The notes: generated by a model not told the origin, from the sequence alone. Positions 9,629-19,300 are shown, numbered from the stretch's first letter. The stretch is 64,000 nt of DNA from an uncultured Dehalococcoidia bacterium (GCA_964587795.1 CAZPMU010000005.1:15723-79722), one strand, 5' to 3'. Program-made: numbers and translations.

Positions 9629-9922
9629 GTGCATATCGGCGCCTGCCGCCTGATCCTGTATCTGCCCGACGCGCACAGCCTGAAGGATAAGCGGCGGGTA
9701 GCCCGCTCCATTACCGAGCGCATCAGGAACAAGTTCAACGTAACCGTGGCCGAGGATGCGGACAACGACCTGCGGCAGCGATTGGACCTGCTGGTCTGCT
9801 CCGCCAGCAACGACGGCTCTCATGCCATCGAAATGCTTGCGGAGGTGGCGGACTTCGTGGAGGAGGCCAGGCCCGACCTGGAAGTGCTGGACTACCAGGT
9901 GGAACTGATTTCGGGAGTGTAG
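9629..9922 (+). CDS. DUF503 (YlxP-like) family protein
   Basis: VHIGACRLILYLPDAHSLKDKRRVARSITERIRNKFNV is the typical DUF503 N-terminus. GTG start at 9629 is preceded by GAGGTG 5 nt upstream. The longer ORF from 9530 is probably an over-extension. Confidence 0.75.
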   Translation: MHIGACRLILYLPDAHSLKDKRRVARSITERIRNKFNVTVAEDADNDLRQRLDLLVCSASNDGSHAIEMLAEVADFVEEARPDLEVLDYQVELISGV

Positions 9923-9976
9923 GCGCGTGGAATCAGCAGAACTTCGGTTGGCACGATATGGAAGGAGCGGCGGCAT

Positions 9977-10933
9977 TCACTCCGCTGTCTTGCGGTTGGC
10001 TCCTGCGTCCCTGTCAGTGGTGGTCGCGCTGCCCGGCAGTGATGATAGGAAGGCATTAACGGCTGCCCACAGTCCCGACCCAGCGTCGCCCAGCCGGTCA
10101 TTGTGGTAGGCCCAGGGCAACTGGTAGAAGTATGTGGGGCCAGGGGCCGCGTCGTACAGGGCGCGGCCCTGCTCGATGGGTATGATTTCGTCGGCCTCCC
10201 CGTGAATCACCAGCAGCGGGCCGTGGTACTGCCTGATGCGGGACAGGGAATCAAGCCGGTTGCCCGCCAGCAGGCGCACCGGGGAGAAGGTGTACAGCGC
10301 AGCCCCCATATCGTTCAGCGATGTGAAGGGCGAATAGAGTACCATGCCATCTGGCCGATGGTGCAGGGCCAGTTCCACCGCTACCGCCGCGCCCAACGAG
10401 CGGCCATAGTAAACGATGCGGTCGGGGTCCACGTCTTCCCTGCCCGCCAGGTGGGCAAGGGCGGCGCGGGAGTCCTGGTAGACGCCCCTTTCCGACGGCT
10501 TGCCCTGGCTGTTGCCGTAGCCCCGGTAGTCGAAAATGAAGACGTTGACGCCCTGCAGGTGGTGGAACAAGGCCAGGTCGTCCACCCGGTGGCCAATGTT
10601 GCCGGCGTTGCCGTGGAACCAGAGCAGGGTGATGTCGGCGTTGGCGGCGGAGGAAGTGGCATCTGCGGATGACGCCGGTATGAACCACCCGTTGAGGGTG
10701 TAGCCGTCATCGGTATCGAAATAAACGTCGTCAAAGGGGATGCCCAGGTCGGCTGGCGTACGTTCCACCGGGGACATGGGAAAGAAGATGAACTGCCGCT
10801 CCAGCACTTCCAGCAGGTTCATGTGGAAGCTTCCTGGAAGGGCAAGAATGGCTGTGACGGCAAGCAGCGCAACGGACCTGGCCAGGGCGGTAAGGGGTAC
10901 ATGGTCAGGCGCGGGAACCCCGGGCCACCACAT
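9977..10933 (-). CDS. Alpha/beta hydrolase (BEM46/ABHD13-like), N-terminal membrane anchor
   Basis: LLWFHGNAGNIGHR, FDYRGYGNS and the nucleophile elbow GRSLG. Hydrophobic N-terminal helix. The start overlaps the upstream gene's 3' end by 29 nt. Confidence 0.85.
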   Translation of the reverse strand: MWWPGVPAPDHVPLTALARSVALLAVTAILALPGSFHMNLLEVLERQFIFFPMSPVERTPADLGIPFDDVYFDTDDGYTLNGWFIPASSADATSSAANADITLLWFHGNAGNIGHRVDDLALFHHLQGVNVFIFDYRGYGNSQGKPSERGVYQDSRAALAHLAGREDVDPDRIVYYGRSLGAAVAVELALHHRPDGMVLYSPFTSLNDMGAALYTFSPVRLLAGNRLDSLSRIRQYHGPLLVIHGEADEIIPIEQGRALYDAAPGPTYFYQLPWAYHNDRLGDAGSGLWAAVNAFLSSLPGSATTTDRDAGANRKTAE

Positions 10934-11894
10934 TAACGGGAGAGCCGACGGCGAACTGTTCCAGGTTTTCGATGGACATTTCCAGGCCGCGCATGGTGCC
11001 GTTGTAGGCCATGCTGCCGGCGTGGGGCGCCAGGACCACGTTGTCCAGCAGGGTCAGCGGGTGCCCGGGCGGCAGTGGTTCCACCTCGAACACATCCAGG
11101 CCGGCGCCAGCAATTACATTCTGCTGCAGGGCTTCCACCAGCGCCGCCTCGTCTACCACTGCTCCCCTGGCCACGTTGACCAGGATGGCGGTGGGTTTCA
11201 TCAGGGCAAGCTGTTCCCGGCCGATCATTCCCTGGCTGTCGGGGGTCAGGGCCACGTGAAGGGACACCACGTCCGACACTCGCAGCAGTTCATCCAGCTC
11301 CAGGAATTCCACGCCGTACTCCCGCGCCCGCTCCGGAGTGGGATTGAAGGTCCAGGCCGCAACGTTCATGCCGATGCCCTGGCCCAGCTGTACCATTCGC
11401 CGTCCGATGGCGCCCGTTCCCACCACGCCCAGGGTTTTACCGTAAAGCTCGTCAATGAAGCCGGCGGCCCAGCCCCCTTCGCGAATGCGGCGGTCGTTCG
11501 TTACTATCTGGCGAGAAACGGCCAGGGCCAGGGCCAGGGCGTGCTCGGAGACGTAGGGGGCGCCGTAGCCGGGGGTGTTGGCGACGGTTATGCCCAGTTC
11601 CTCGGCTGCCGCCAGGTCAACATGGTCAACGCCGGTACCCCAGACGGACAGTAACTTGAGATTGGGGCAGGCTGCCAGCACCTCGCGCGGGAAGGGCACG
11701 GCAGAGCGGATGTTGATGATGGCGTCGGCCTCGCCAATGCGGTCTATGGTTTCCTGGTTGTTGGACGGGCGGGTGGTGTGCCATTCGGCGCGGTCGGCCA
11801 GGGCGCGGGCCCGGGCTTCCAGGGGCGTGCCGGCCAGGGCCGGCGGTTCATCGTCGGGGACTACCAGCAGGGAGTAGGGCTTTGAAGTGGGCAT
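10905..11894 (-). CDS. D-isomer-specific 2-hydroxyacid dehydrogenase (glyoxylate/hydroxypyruvate reductase or PGDH-like)
   Basis: NAD-binding block GKTLGVVGTGAIGRRM and the catalytic-domain blocks LVNVARGAVVDE and PHAGS. Confidence 0.9.
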   Translation of the reverse strand: MPTSKPYSLLVVPDDEPPALAGTPLEARARALADRAEWHTTRPSNNQETIDRIGEADAIINIRSAVPFPREVLAACPNLKLLSVWGTGVDHVDLAAAEELGITVANTPGYGAPYVSEHALALALAVSRQIVTNDRRIREGGWAAGFIDELYGKTLGVVGTGAIGRRMVQLGQGIGMNVAAWTFNPTPERAREYGVEFLELDELLRVSDVVSLHVALTPDSQGMIGREQLALMKPTAILVNVARGAVVDEAALVEALQQNVIAGAGLDVFEVEPLPPGHPLTLLDNVVLAPHAGSMAYNGTMRGLEMSIENLEQFAVGSPVNVVARGSRA

Positions 11895-11934
11895 AGGGTT
11901 ATCACCTTGGACAGCAGGGATTTCATATATGGAA

Positions 11935-12471
11935 TCATGGATCGGCTACTTTATCGTGCGCGCGTCGGCGGGACGCCAGGCCGAATGCCAGGCCGGCCAC
12001 TACGGAACCCGTTAGCCCCAGCGCCAGGTCGCCCAGGGTGTCCACATAGGCCGTGTCCAGTTCGGGAGAAACGCGGATGAAGGCCAGATACTCGGCAATC
12101 TCCCACAGGATGGCGGTGGTGGCCCCGAAGCCGATGACCAGGGCCATTGTAACCCAAAAGCCGTGCCGGATTCTCCGCAACAGCGCGCCGGCGCCGCCCG
12201 CCAGCAATCCCCAGTTGACCAGGTGGTTGGCGTCGTCCCACCAGACGATGGTGTCATACAGGTCCAGGGCGTTGCCGGCAGTGTCAATCAGGAAGGGCAG
12301 CGTAATCAGGATGTCTGCCACGAAAGGGAAGGCCGACTGCCTGCGCCAGACCACCCAGGCCGCCGGCAAGACCAGTATGGCTGGGGGATAGGTGACGAGC
12401 CGCCAGAAAAAGCCCTTGCCCTCGAACTGCTGCAGCCCGGAAAAGGCTCCGAAGACAAGAAGGCTCACCAC
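11935..12471 (-). CDS. Integral membrane protein, function unknown
   Basis: 178 aa with about 5 predicted hydrophobic helices. GC-rich third codon positions match the host pattern. No recognisable motif. Confidence 0.6.
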   Translation of the reverse strand: MVSLLVFGAFSGLQQFEGKGFFWRLVTYPPAILVLPAAWVVWRRQSAFPFVADILITLPFLIDTAGNALDLYDTIVWWDDANHLVNWGLLAGGAGALLRRIRHGFWVTMALVIGFGATTAILWEIAEYLAFIRVSPELDTAYVDTLGDLALGLTGSVVAGLAFGLASRRRAHDKVADP

Positions 12472-12597
12472 TGCCGCCTTCAGGAGCAGGTCAAGCCAGA
12501 ATATTGCCGAAAGGGTACGAATTTCCTCACCCTGGATACAGCCCGCCAGGCCGTAGGCAGCTTGTACGACGGAGGCAAATGAAGGTGACGAACGACA

Positions 12598-13018
12598 TTA
12601 CCGCAAGCGATTGATATAAGAGTCTTCCACGTAGGGGCCGTCCTTTACGGAGCCGGCGTACATTCTTCCAGGTTCGTCCTTCACTCCCTTCGCTATCCCG
12701 TTAAATGCTTGGGCTAATGGGTCGCTGTCAACAACGATAAAAACATCGTAAAGACCGATGGTCGACTCAATGGTAGGGTTCTTCTTCAAGAGATGGTAAA
12801 TGGCGTTGTAGGCTCCTCTTCGTCCTGAGCCATCAAGGTTCTTCAACGCCACCAACAATCGCCAGTCCTCGTCTTCTCAGGAAAAAGCCACGCGGCCGAG
12901 CACATTCCACGACGTATCCCGCCAGGTAGCAAGCGCCTTCGTAGCATTGGTTTTCCAGCAGAACAAGGGCTTCCCTTATTCTAACCTCTGCCAGGGTTGG
13001 AAAGGCACTCCGGTTCAT
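12598..13018 (-). pseudogene. Fragmented low-GC ORF pair (61 aa + 86 aa in different frames), possibly a decayed accessory gene with a HEPN-like N-terminus
   Basis: The two ORFs overlap by 26 nt in different frames. The N-terminal piece AEVRIREALVLLENQCYEGACYLAGYVVECA resembles the first HEPN helices. The region is visibly AT-richer than its flanks. The family assignment is weak. Confidence 0.3.
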
Positions 13019-13034
13019 CGGAATGTTGGTTTGC

Positions 13035-15089
13035 CTAATCCCCCAGGCTATCCGCCAGAATTTCCAGCACGTCTTTGGCCTGCTTGGTCTGGTCTTCGCC
13101 CTTGGACTGGATGCCCTCGGTCATCATTTGCAGGCAGAAGGGACAGGAAACGCCCACGGTGTCGGCGTTGGTTTCCAGGAAATGGTCTGTCCGGGCGTGG
13201 TTGATGCGCTGGCCCTGGCTTTCCTCGATCCACATGTGGCCGCCGCCGGCGCCGCAGCAGAAGCCCCGTTCCCGGCAGCGAGGCTCCATTTCCAACAGCT
13301 TTAGGCCGGGTATGGAGCGGGCAATGTTGCGAGGCTGGTCGTAGATGCCGTTGTGGCGGCCCAGGAAGCAGGAGTCGTGGTAGGCCATGTCCATGTTCAT
13401 CATCCTGATGGGTTTGACCCTGCCCTGCTGGATAAGCTCATCCACGAACTGGGTGTAGTGGAGCACCTCGTACTCGCCGCCGAACTGGGGGTACTCGTTC
13501 CGCATGGTGTTGAAGCAGTGGGGACAGATGGTGACTATCTTCTTGACGTTGTAGCCGTTCAGCACCTCGATATTCTGGGCGGCCAGGATCTGGAACAGGT
13601 ACTCGTTGCCCATGCGCCGGGCCGGGTCGCCGGTGCAGGTCTCCTCGTCGCCCAGGATGGCAAAGTCCACGCCAGCGGCCTTGAGCACCTTGACCATGGA
13701 GCGGGCGGTGCCCTGGCTGCGCTGCTCCAGGGCGGCTGTGCAGCCCACCCAGAACAGGATTTCCGCGTCGGGCTTTTCGGCCAGCGTCGGCACGCCCAGC
13801 CCTTGGGCCCAGTCGGTGCGGGAAAACTGGGTGCCCCGCCAGGGGTGGCCGCGCTGCTCCATGCTGAGGAGGGCGTTCATGCCCGTTTCGGGGATGCGGG
13901 ACTCCTCCAATACCAGATTGCGGCGCAGGTCCATGATGGTGGGAATGTGCTCCACCACCACGGGGCACTCCTCCATGCAGGCGCCGCAGGAAACACAGTC
14001 CCACACCATCTGCTCCGGAATGGCGTGGTCGATGATGGGGTTGGGTTCCACGTGCTCCGGGTCCCGGGGACCCTGGTGACCGATGGCGAGCATGTGTTCC
14101 TTCAGGTTTTCAACGATGTGCATGGGGGACAGGATTTTGCCGGTGGTGTTGGCGGGACAGGCGTCGGTGCAGCGGCCGCATACCGCGCAGGCGTAGCCGT
14201 CCAACAGTTGCTTCCAGGTGAAGTCCTGGACCCGACCGGCGCCGAACCGCTCGGTGTTTTCCAGGTCGATGGACGCCATGGCGCCCCGGGGTTCCAGGGA
14301 GCGGAAGTAGGCGTTCAGGGGCGCGCCAATCATGTGTATGTGCTTGGACGTGGGGACGTAAATGCCAAAGCCCAGGATGATGCCCAGGTGGACCCACCAG
14401 AAAATGGCATGGAGCGCCTCTGCGGCCCCGGCGCCAATGCCTATTCCCGTGAAAGTGTCGGCCAGGACGCCACCGGCCAGCACCGCCGCCTCCGGACCTT
14501 CGCCACCGGCGGCCACGTAGAAGGCGTGGACCAGCAGGGTGGCAACCATCAGGCCCGCCGTAAGGCAGACGACGATGACGGCGTCAATGTTGCGGGTCAG
14601 GTCGAAGCTGAGCCGGTAGGGTTTGGCAGCCCACCGGCGCACCAGCATCCACGCCAGGATGGCCAGGATCAGGACGGCGTACAGGTCGAGATAGATGCTG
14701 TACACCTTGACGCCGGTGGCGGTGAGCAGCAGTTCGGGAAAGGCGTGCCAGATGGAGCCAATGAAGATAAAGATGACGTAGCTCAGAGAAAAGGACAGGA
14801 AGCCCCAGAAGACGAAGGCGTGGCCCAGCCCGGCCAGGTCCAGGTTGCGGCTGCGGGCGTCAATGGAACCCACGCGTTGCAGCACCTTGCGCTGTCCCAC
14901 CACGATGGCGACGGCGCCGGTGAACCGCTTCCAGGGCTGGTCAAAACGGGCAACGCTTCGCCCCTGCCGGATGAGGTGAATGACTCGCTTGTAAGCCAGC
15001 CAGCCAGCCAAAGCCTGGGTCGCGATCAGGGCCAGGTAAACCCCAATCCAAACGGGAATAATGCCAAAAATATCGCCAGGTGGGACCAT
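13035..15089 (-). CDS. Membrane-anchored (Fe-S)-binding oxidoreductase: NarI/DsrM-like TM domain fused to an HdrD/DsrK/GlpC-like CCG domain
   Basis: 684 aa. About 6 N-terminal TM helices. Two ferredoxin motifs (CAVCGRCTDACP, CVSCGACMEECP). Cys-rich CCG-type motifs (VGCTAAL, CPHC, GFCCGAGGG, SCPFC). Confidence 0.9.
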   Translation of the reverse strand: MVPPGDIFGIIPVWIGVYLALIATQALAGWLAYKRVIHLIRQGRSVARFDQPWKRFTGAVAIVVGQRKVLQRVGSIDARSRNLDLAGLGHAFVFWGFLSFSLSYVIFIFIGSIWHAFPELLLTATGVKVYSIYLDLYAVLILAILAWMLVRRWAAKPYRLSFDLTRNIDAVIVVCLTAGLMVATLLVHAFYVAAGGEGPEAAVLAGGVLADTFTGIGIGAGAAEALHAIFWWVHLGIILGFGIYVPTSKHIHMIGAPLNAYFRSLEPRGAMASIDLENTERFGAGRVQDFTWKQLLDGYACAVCGRCTDACPANTTGKILSPMHIVENLKEHMLAIGHQGPRDPEHVEPNPIIDHAIPEQMVWDCVSCGACMEECPVVVEHIPTIMDLRRNLVLEESRIPETGMNALLSMEQRGHPWRGTQFSRTDWAQGLGVPTLAEKPDAEILFWVGCTAALEQRSQGTARSMVKVLKAAGVDFAILGDEETCTGDPARRMGNEYLFQILAAQNIEVLNGYNVKKIVTICPHCFNTMRNEYPQFGGEYEVLHYTQFVDELIQQGRVKPIRMMNMDMAYHDSCFLGRHNGIYDQPRNIARSIPGLKLLEMEPRCRERGFCCGAGGGHMWIEESQGQRINHARTDHFLETNADTVGVSCPFCLQMMTEGIQSKGEDQTKQAKDVLEILADSLGD

Positions 15090-15201
15090 GGTGGAGGACT
15101 CCGGTGGTTGATTTATGCCCTGCGGTTAAGGGCAGGGATAGTGTAACATACGGGTAGAAGTAACAGGTTTTGAGAAAAATAGGAGCCGGGCCAAGAAGAA
15201 C

Positions 15202-15226
15202 GGGGTCAGGCCCTCAACCTGACCCC
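15202..15226 (-). terminator. Hairpin terminator downstream of a small minus-strand ORF
   Basis: 9-bp stem ggggtcagg / cctgacccc with a 7-nt loop. On the minus strand it is followed by GUUCUUCUU. Confidence 0.5.
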
Positions 15227-15243
15227 TTTAGACCTTCCAGAAA

Positions 15244-15474
15244 TTAGCAGTGTATCTTAATCCTTGCTCTCACCCATTCCCGGCGGCGGTTCGTCAAAGG
15301 GCTGCCCCCGCGCTGGGAGGTTTGCTGGCGTTCGTACCAGGCTTGCCATTTCGAGCCTTCCCCCGCTGCACTCTCCCTGATGTCTTCTCTTTTTCCCTCT
15401 TTCTTATCTTCAGCTTTGGCTCGCCTGTATTGTTCTACAATCAGGCATTCCGCGATCATGTTGCCAACCTCCAC
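15244..15474 (-). CDS. Small basic hypothetical protein (76 aa)
   Basis: ORF with its own downstream hairpin terminator. Lys/Arg/Glu-rich with no recognisable family. Could be non-coding. Confidence 0.3.
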   Translation of the reverse strand: MEVGNMIAECLIVEQYRRAKAEDKKEGKREDIRESAAGEGSKWQAWYERQQTSQRGGSPLTNRRREWVRARIKIHC

Positions 15475-15570
15475 TGAAATGATGGAAAGGCGGCCAGCCA
15501 GGGTACCCGGCCAGATGCCATGCCCATGGCGGTCATTGCCAATTCCGCTGTGTCCCTTGTCCCATACCTG

Positions 15571-16578
15571 CTACCCCTTCACCCTCGGAATAACTTCACT
15601 CCCCATCAGCTCAATCTGTCGCAGGGTCGCTTCCTGGGACATTCCAGGCCACTGCATCCGGAATATCAGGTAGTTGACGCCCAGTTCCCTCTCGTAACGC
15701 TGAATCTCCAACGCCACATCCTCGGGGGAACCCAGCAGGAAGCGGTCGCGGGCCAGGTCCTGGTAGGGAACGGAAAAACTCTCCTCGCCGGGCAGGGCCT
15801 TATCCTGTCCCCAGGCGGCATAGGCGGCGTACTTGGGGGCCAGCCAGGGTTCGCTTTCCACGTAAGCCGTCTCCCGGTCCTGGGCCACGTACAGTTCCCG
15901 CATCATGGGCAATGACTCGGGCATGGGCTGGCCGGCTCGTTCCAGGGTTTCCTGGTATCCCTGCCACTGCTCGGCCACCATCTGGACGGTGGCGTGGGGA
16001 TTCACCAGCCACGGGTAACCCCACCGCGCCGCCCGCCGGATGGCCACATCGTTGTTGGCGGCCACCCAGATGGGCGGATGGGGCTGTTGCACCGGCCTGG
16101 TGGAAGGGGCAACCCGGGGAACTGTGTAGAATCGGCCGTCAAACTCGACCTCCTCCTGGGTCCAGAGCAGCTTCATGACGTCAAGAGACTCGCGCAGGCG
16201 GGCCACCCGTTCACCGCGTTCCACGCCGAAGGAAGCGTACTCCTCGTCCCGGTAGCCCAGGCCCACGCCGAAAATGAACCTGCCTCCGCAGATGGCGTCC
16301 ATGGTGGCCACGCTCTCCGCCAGTTCTACCGGATTGAGCAGCGGCACAAGAATCACTGTGGCGGCCACTTCCATATCCCCCGCCTCGGCGGCCAGCCGGG
16401 CCAGCAGGGGAAAGCTGGAACTCATCTGGTAGGGCGCGGCCAGGTAATGCTGGCCGGTGCAGATCATGTCAAATCCGGCCTCCCGCGCGGCCCGGACCTG
16501 CTCGACACTTTCCTGGATTTTCAAGGGGAACGACTCCCCTGGAAGGTATTGATTAGTAACGAAAAATCCCAGCTTCAT
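15571..16578 (-). CDS. LLM-class (luciferase-like) flavin-dependent oxidoreductase
   Basis: 335 aa. Starts MKLGFF, followed by a TIM-barrel LLM pattern (GFDMICTGQHY, FIFGVGLGYRDEEY, PPIWVAANN). Confidence 0.9.
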   Translation of the reverse strand: MKLGFFVTNQYLPGESFPLKIQESVEQVRAAREAGFDMICTGQHYLAAPYQMSSSFPLLARLAAEAGDMEVAATVILVPLLNPVELAESVATMDAICGGRFIFGVGLGYRDEEYASFGVERGERVARLRESLDVMKLLWTQEEVEFDGRFYTVPRVAPSTRPVQQPHPPIWVAANNDVAIRRAARWGYPWLVNPHATVQMVAEQWQGYQETLERAGQPMPESLPMMRELYVAQDRETAYVESEPWLAPKYAAYAAWGQDKALPGEESFSVPYQDLARDRFLLGSPEDVALEIQRYERELGVNYLIFRMQWPGMSQEATLRQIELMGSEVIPRVKG

Positions 16579-16792
16579 GCCAATCCTTTTCCGACGTTCA
16601 CCGCTCGCCTGTCGGAGTAAGCCGTTAATTTATCCCGCCCTATTCTAAAGGCTGGCTTTCGCCCGAACAATAAGCTAGCCTTGATACAGGCATAATGAAA
16701 TTTACAGAATTTTAATGCTATGATACTGTCAAGCTATTGTAGAATTCCTGACCGTTGCGATAAAGTTATGTAAATGGGAAAAGGGGTGAGGG

Positions 16793-17593
16793 ATGAAAAT
16801 TGCCAGATTCCGTGCCGGCAGCAGAACCGCAAACGGGGTAGTGATAGATGACGAGGTAGCCGAAATTCGCGGCAGCATCTTTACCAGTTTCAGGATCACC
16901 GATACTCGCCACCGGCTATCCGACGTAAGACTGTTACCGCCCACCGACCCCGCCGAACTTTGGGGGCCGGGCCTCAATTTTGTGGACCACCTGGAATATG
17001 CCGGCTCGGTGTTTGGCCAGGGGGCCATGCCGGTGCCGGAACGCCCCCAGCCCTGGCGCAAGGGCCGGAACGCCCTGACCGGGGTCAACGAACCCATCAT
17101 CATTCCCCGCGACACCGCCGGCGAAGTCCACTACGAGGGCGAGGCCGTGGCGGTAATCGGCAAGGTCTGCCGGCGTGTCTCTCCCGAACGGGCCCCCCAG
17201 TACATTCTGGGCTACACCTGTGGCAACGACGTCAGCGAGCGAGCCTGGCAAAAGGACGACTGGACGTTCTGGCGGGCCAAGGGCGCCGATACCTTCGCCC
17301 CCGTGGGACCCTGGATTGAGACGGACCTGGACCCGCAGCAACTGGACCTGCTGGTAAGGATCAACGGTGAAGAGGTCCAGCGGTGCAATACCTCGGATAT
17401 GCTCTTCAGCTTTGCTGAAATAGTCAGCTACATCAGCCAGCAGGTAACCCTTCGCCCCGGCGACCTGGTTTTCTCCGGCGCCACCGGTGTTACCCGGGCC
17501 ATTGTCCCCGGCGACGTGGTGGAGGTGGACATTCCCGGCATCGGCGTATTGACCAACCCCGTCATTGCAGAGTTCGACGCAGGGGAAAGTTAG
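16793..17593 (+). CDS. Fumarylacetoacetate hydrolase (FAH) family protein
   Basis: HYEGEAVAVIGK, GYTCGNDVSERAWQ, KGADTFAPVGPWI and PGDLVFSGATG are FAH-fold signatures. Good SD (GGGGTGAGGG) before the ATG. Confidence 0.92.
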   Translation: MKIARFRAGSRTANGVVIDDEVAEIRGSIFTSFRITDTRHRLSDVRLLPPTDPAELWGPGLNFVDHLEYAGSVFGQGAMPVPERPQPWRKGRNALTGVNEPIIIPRDTAGEVHYEGEAVAVIGKVCRRVSPERAPQYILGYTCGNDVSERAWQKDDWTFWRAKGADTFAPVGPWIETDLDPQQLDLLVRINGEEVQRCNTSDMLFSFAEIVSYISQQVTLRPGDLVFSGATGVTRAIVPGDVVEVDIPGIGVLTNPVIAEFDAGES

Positions 17594-17712
17594 CCAAAGG
17601 ACCACCGGACAAGCGCCTTTTCCCTGGATGGGGAACGGTCAGGATGGCGGTGAGAGCTTGCTGACGGGATTTTCCCTTCACCCCGGCTTGCTCCCTCCAG
17701 GGAAACAGGCTC

Positions 17713-19071
17713 TTATTCAGCCCTTTCCAGACTCTCCTGGGGTGATTGGGGCAGAGTGGGTCTTCGTGCCATGGCAAACATCAGCGCGCTGAGCACAAAG
17801 GTGGGCGCAAAGGTGGCCAGCACTATGGCATAGCTGTCCGTTGTGTCCCGAATCCATCCGGCATAGATGGGCGCGATGAACATCCCGATGTTGTGGAATA
17901 CGCTCATGGCCCCCATAAGGCTGGCGAATCGACTTCGGCCGAAGTAGTCCCCCACCATAATCCAGTTGACCGACGTTATTCCTTCCACGATGGCCAGCCC
18001 CAGGATGAACACGATCAGGCCAGGCCACTGAGGCAAAAGCCACAAGCCCAGCAGGCCAATGGCGCCCAGGTTCATCCCGTAGAAAAGGAGCTTCCTTGGG
18101 GAAAGCCGCCCTCCGGCCACGCCCAGCAGGAACCGCAGCGGAATGGCCATGAAGAACATCAAGGTAGCGGCCAGGGTGGCTACGTCCTCGGTCATTCCCT
18201 TCCAGACCAGCAGGGGAAACAGGTGAATGATGATGGAATTGGTGGCCGAAACCCGGGTGATGACGCCCAGCAGGATGAACCAGAAGGCCTGGGTGCGCAG
18301 GGCCTGGCGCACGGTGAAGTTCTGCTCCTCGCCGGACGTGGAAGCCGCCGGAGCGTGATGGCCGCCGCTCCGGGCCGGCCGGGCCGTCGTTGTTCCCGCG
18401 GGGGGGTCCCCGTCGGGCCGCAGCCCCATGTCCTCGGGCTTGCTCCGAATGATATAGGCCACAGGCAGGGTGATGATGGTGATAAAGAGGCCGATGATGA
18501 AAACGGTAGGGCGCCAGCCCAGGTAAACAATGCCAAGGTGGAGCAGGGGCACGACTATGGCGCCGCCTCCGGCAAAAGCGGTCATCAGGGTGGAGAGCGC
18601 CACCGCTTTGCGCCGGATGAACCACTGGTTTACCGTGGCCATCAGCGTCTGTCCCAGTCCCGCCGTCTTGCCGATGGACACCACGCCGACAAAGAGGAAC
18701 ACTAACTGCCAGTATTCCCTGGCGAAGGCCAGCAACATCAACCCGATTCCGGCAGTCAAGCCTCCGAACAGGATCATAGGCCGGGACCCGAACCTGTCCA
18801 CCAGCCAGCCCACCAGGGGGGCGCCCAGTCCTCCCTCGGCCCTGGCCAGGGAGAACACCAGGGACATGGCGGCGTAGGAAATAGCCAGGTCGGCGCGAAT
18901 GGGTTCAAAGAAGCGTGGAAAGCCGGTGGAGATGGCCCCGTTGCCGAACATCCCCTGCAGGCAGGCCGCTGCAACCACGTACCACCCATAAAAAAAGCGG
19001 CCCTGCCGCCGCTGGGTGGTGCCTGGTTCCGCCGGGGTGGTTGTCTGTGGGTTTGTTGGGGAGGTACTCAT
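17713..19071 (-). CDS. MFS transporter
   Basis: 452 aa, about 12 TM helices in a 6+6 arrangement with a hydrophilic central loop. Confidence 0.9.
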   Translation of the reverse strand: MSTSPTNPQTTTPAEPGTTQRRQGRFFYGWYVVAAACLQGMFGNGAISTGFPRFFEPIRADLAISYAAMSLVFSLARAEGGLGAPLVGWLVDRFGSRPMILFGGLTAGIGLMLLAFAREYWQLVFLFVGVVSIGKTAGLGQTLMATVNQWFIRRKAVALSTLMTAFAGGGAIVVPLLHLGIVYLGWRPTVFIIGLFITIITLPVAYIIRSKPEDMGLRPDGDPPAGTTTARPARSGGHHAPAASTSGEEQNFTVRQALRTQAFWFILLGVITRVSATNSIIIHLFPLLVWKGMTEDVATLAATLMFFMAIPLRFLLGVAGGRLSPRKLLFYGMNLGAIGLLGLWLLPQWPGLIVFILGLAIVEGITSVNWIMVGDYFGRSRFASLMGAMSVFHNIGMFIAPIYAGWIRDTTDSYAIVLATFAPTFVLSALMFAMARRPTLPQSPQESLERAE

Positions 19072-19216
19072 GCTGGCCGGGGTATATTATCCTAAAGGGT
19101 GATATTTGGTCAATCGGAATATTACATTCCGATATGCAGCCAGTTGCTTCACAGGACATTCGGGGCAATGGCGTTTTGATTGGATCGCCGCTTTTACTTA
19201 CCTCTCTCCCAGCTTG

Positions 19217-19300
19217 TTTTTCAACACAGAGTCGCAGAATTCACAGAGACGCACAGGGTATCTCTGCGAACCTCCGTGTTCTCTGCGCCTCTGTGGTTAA
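19217..19300. repeat. Hairpin-forming intergenic repeat, family 1 (AACACAGAGnCGCAGA ... CTCTGCGCCTCTGTGGTTAA), copy A
   Basis: The arms are mutually complementary CACAGAG/CTCTGTG-rich segments. Related copies are listed as separate features. Confidence 0.65.

Noticed and set aside
10905-10933. The 29-nt overlap between the 2-hydroxyacid dehydrogenase 3' end and the alpha/beta hydrolase start, considered as a possible mis-annotation or programmed feature.
   Set aside because: The hydrolase N-terminus encodes a plausible membrane anchor. Short co-directional overlaps are common, and an alternative ATG at 10822 would remove the overlap. Not unusual enough to report.
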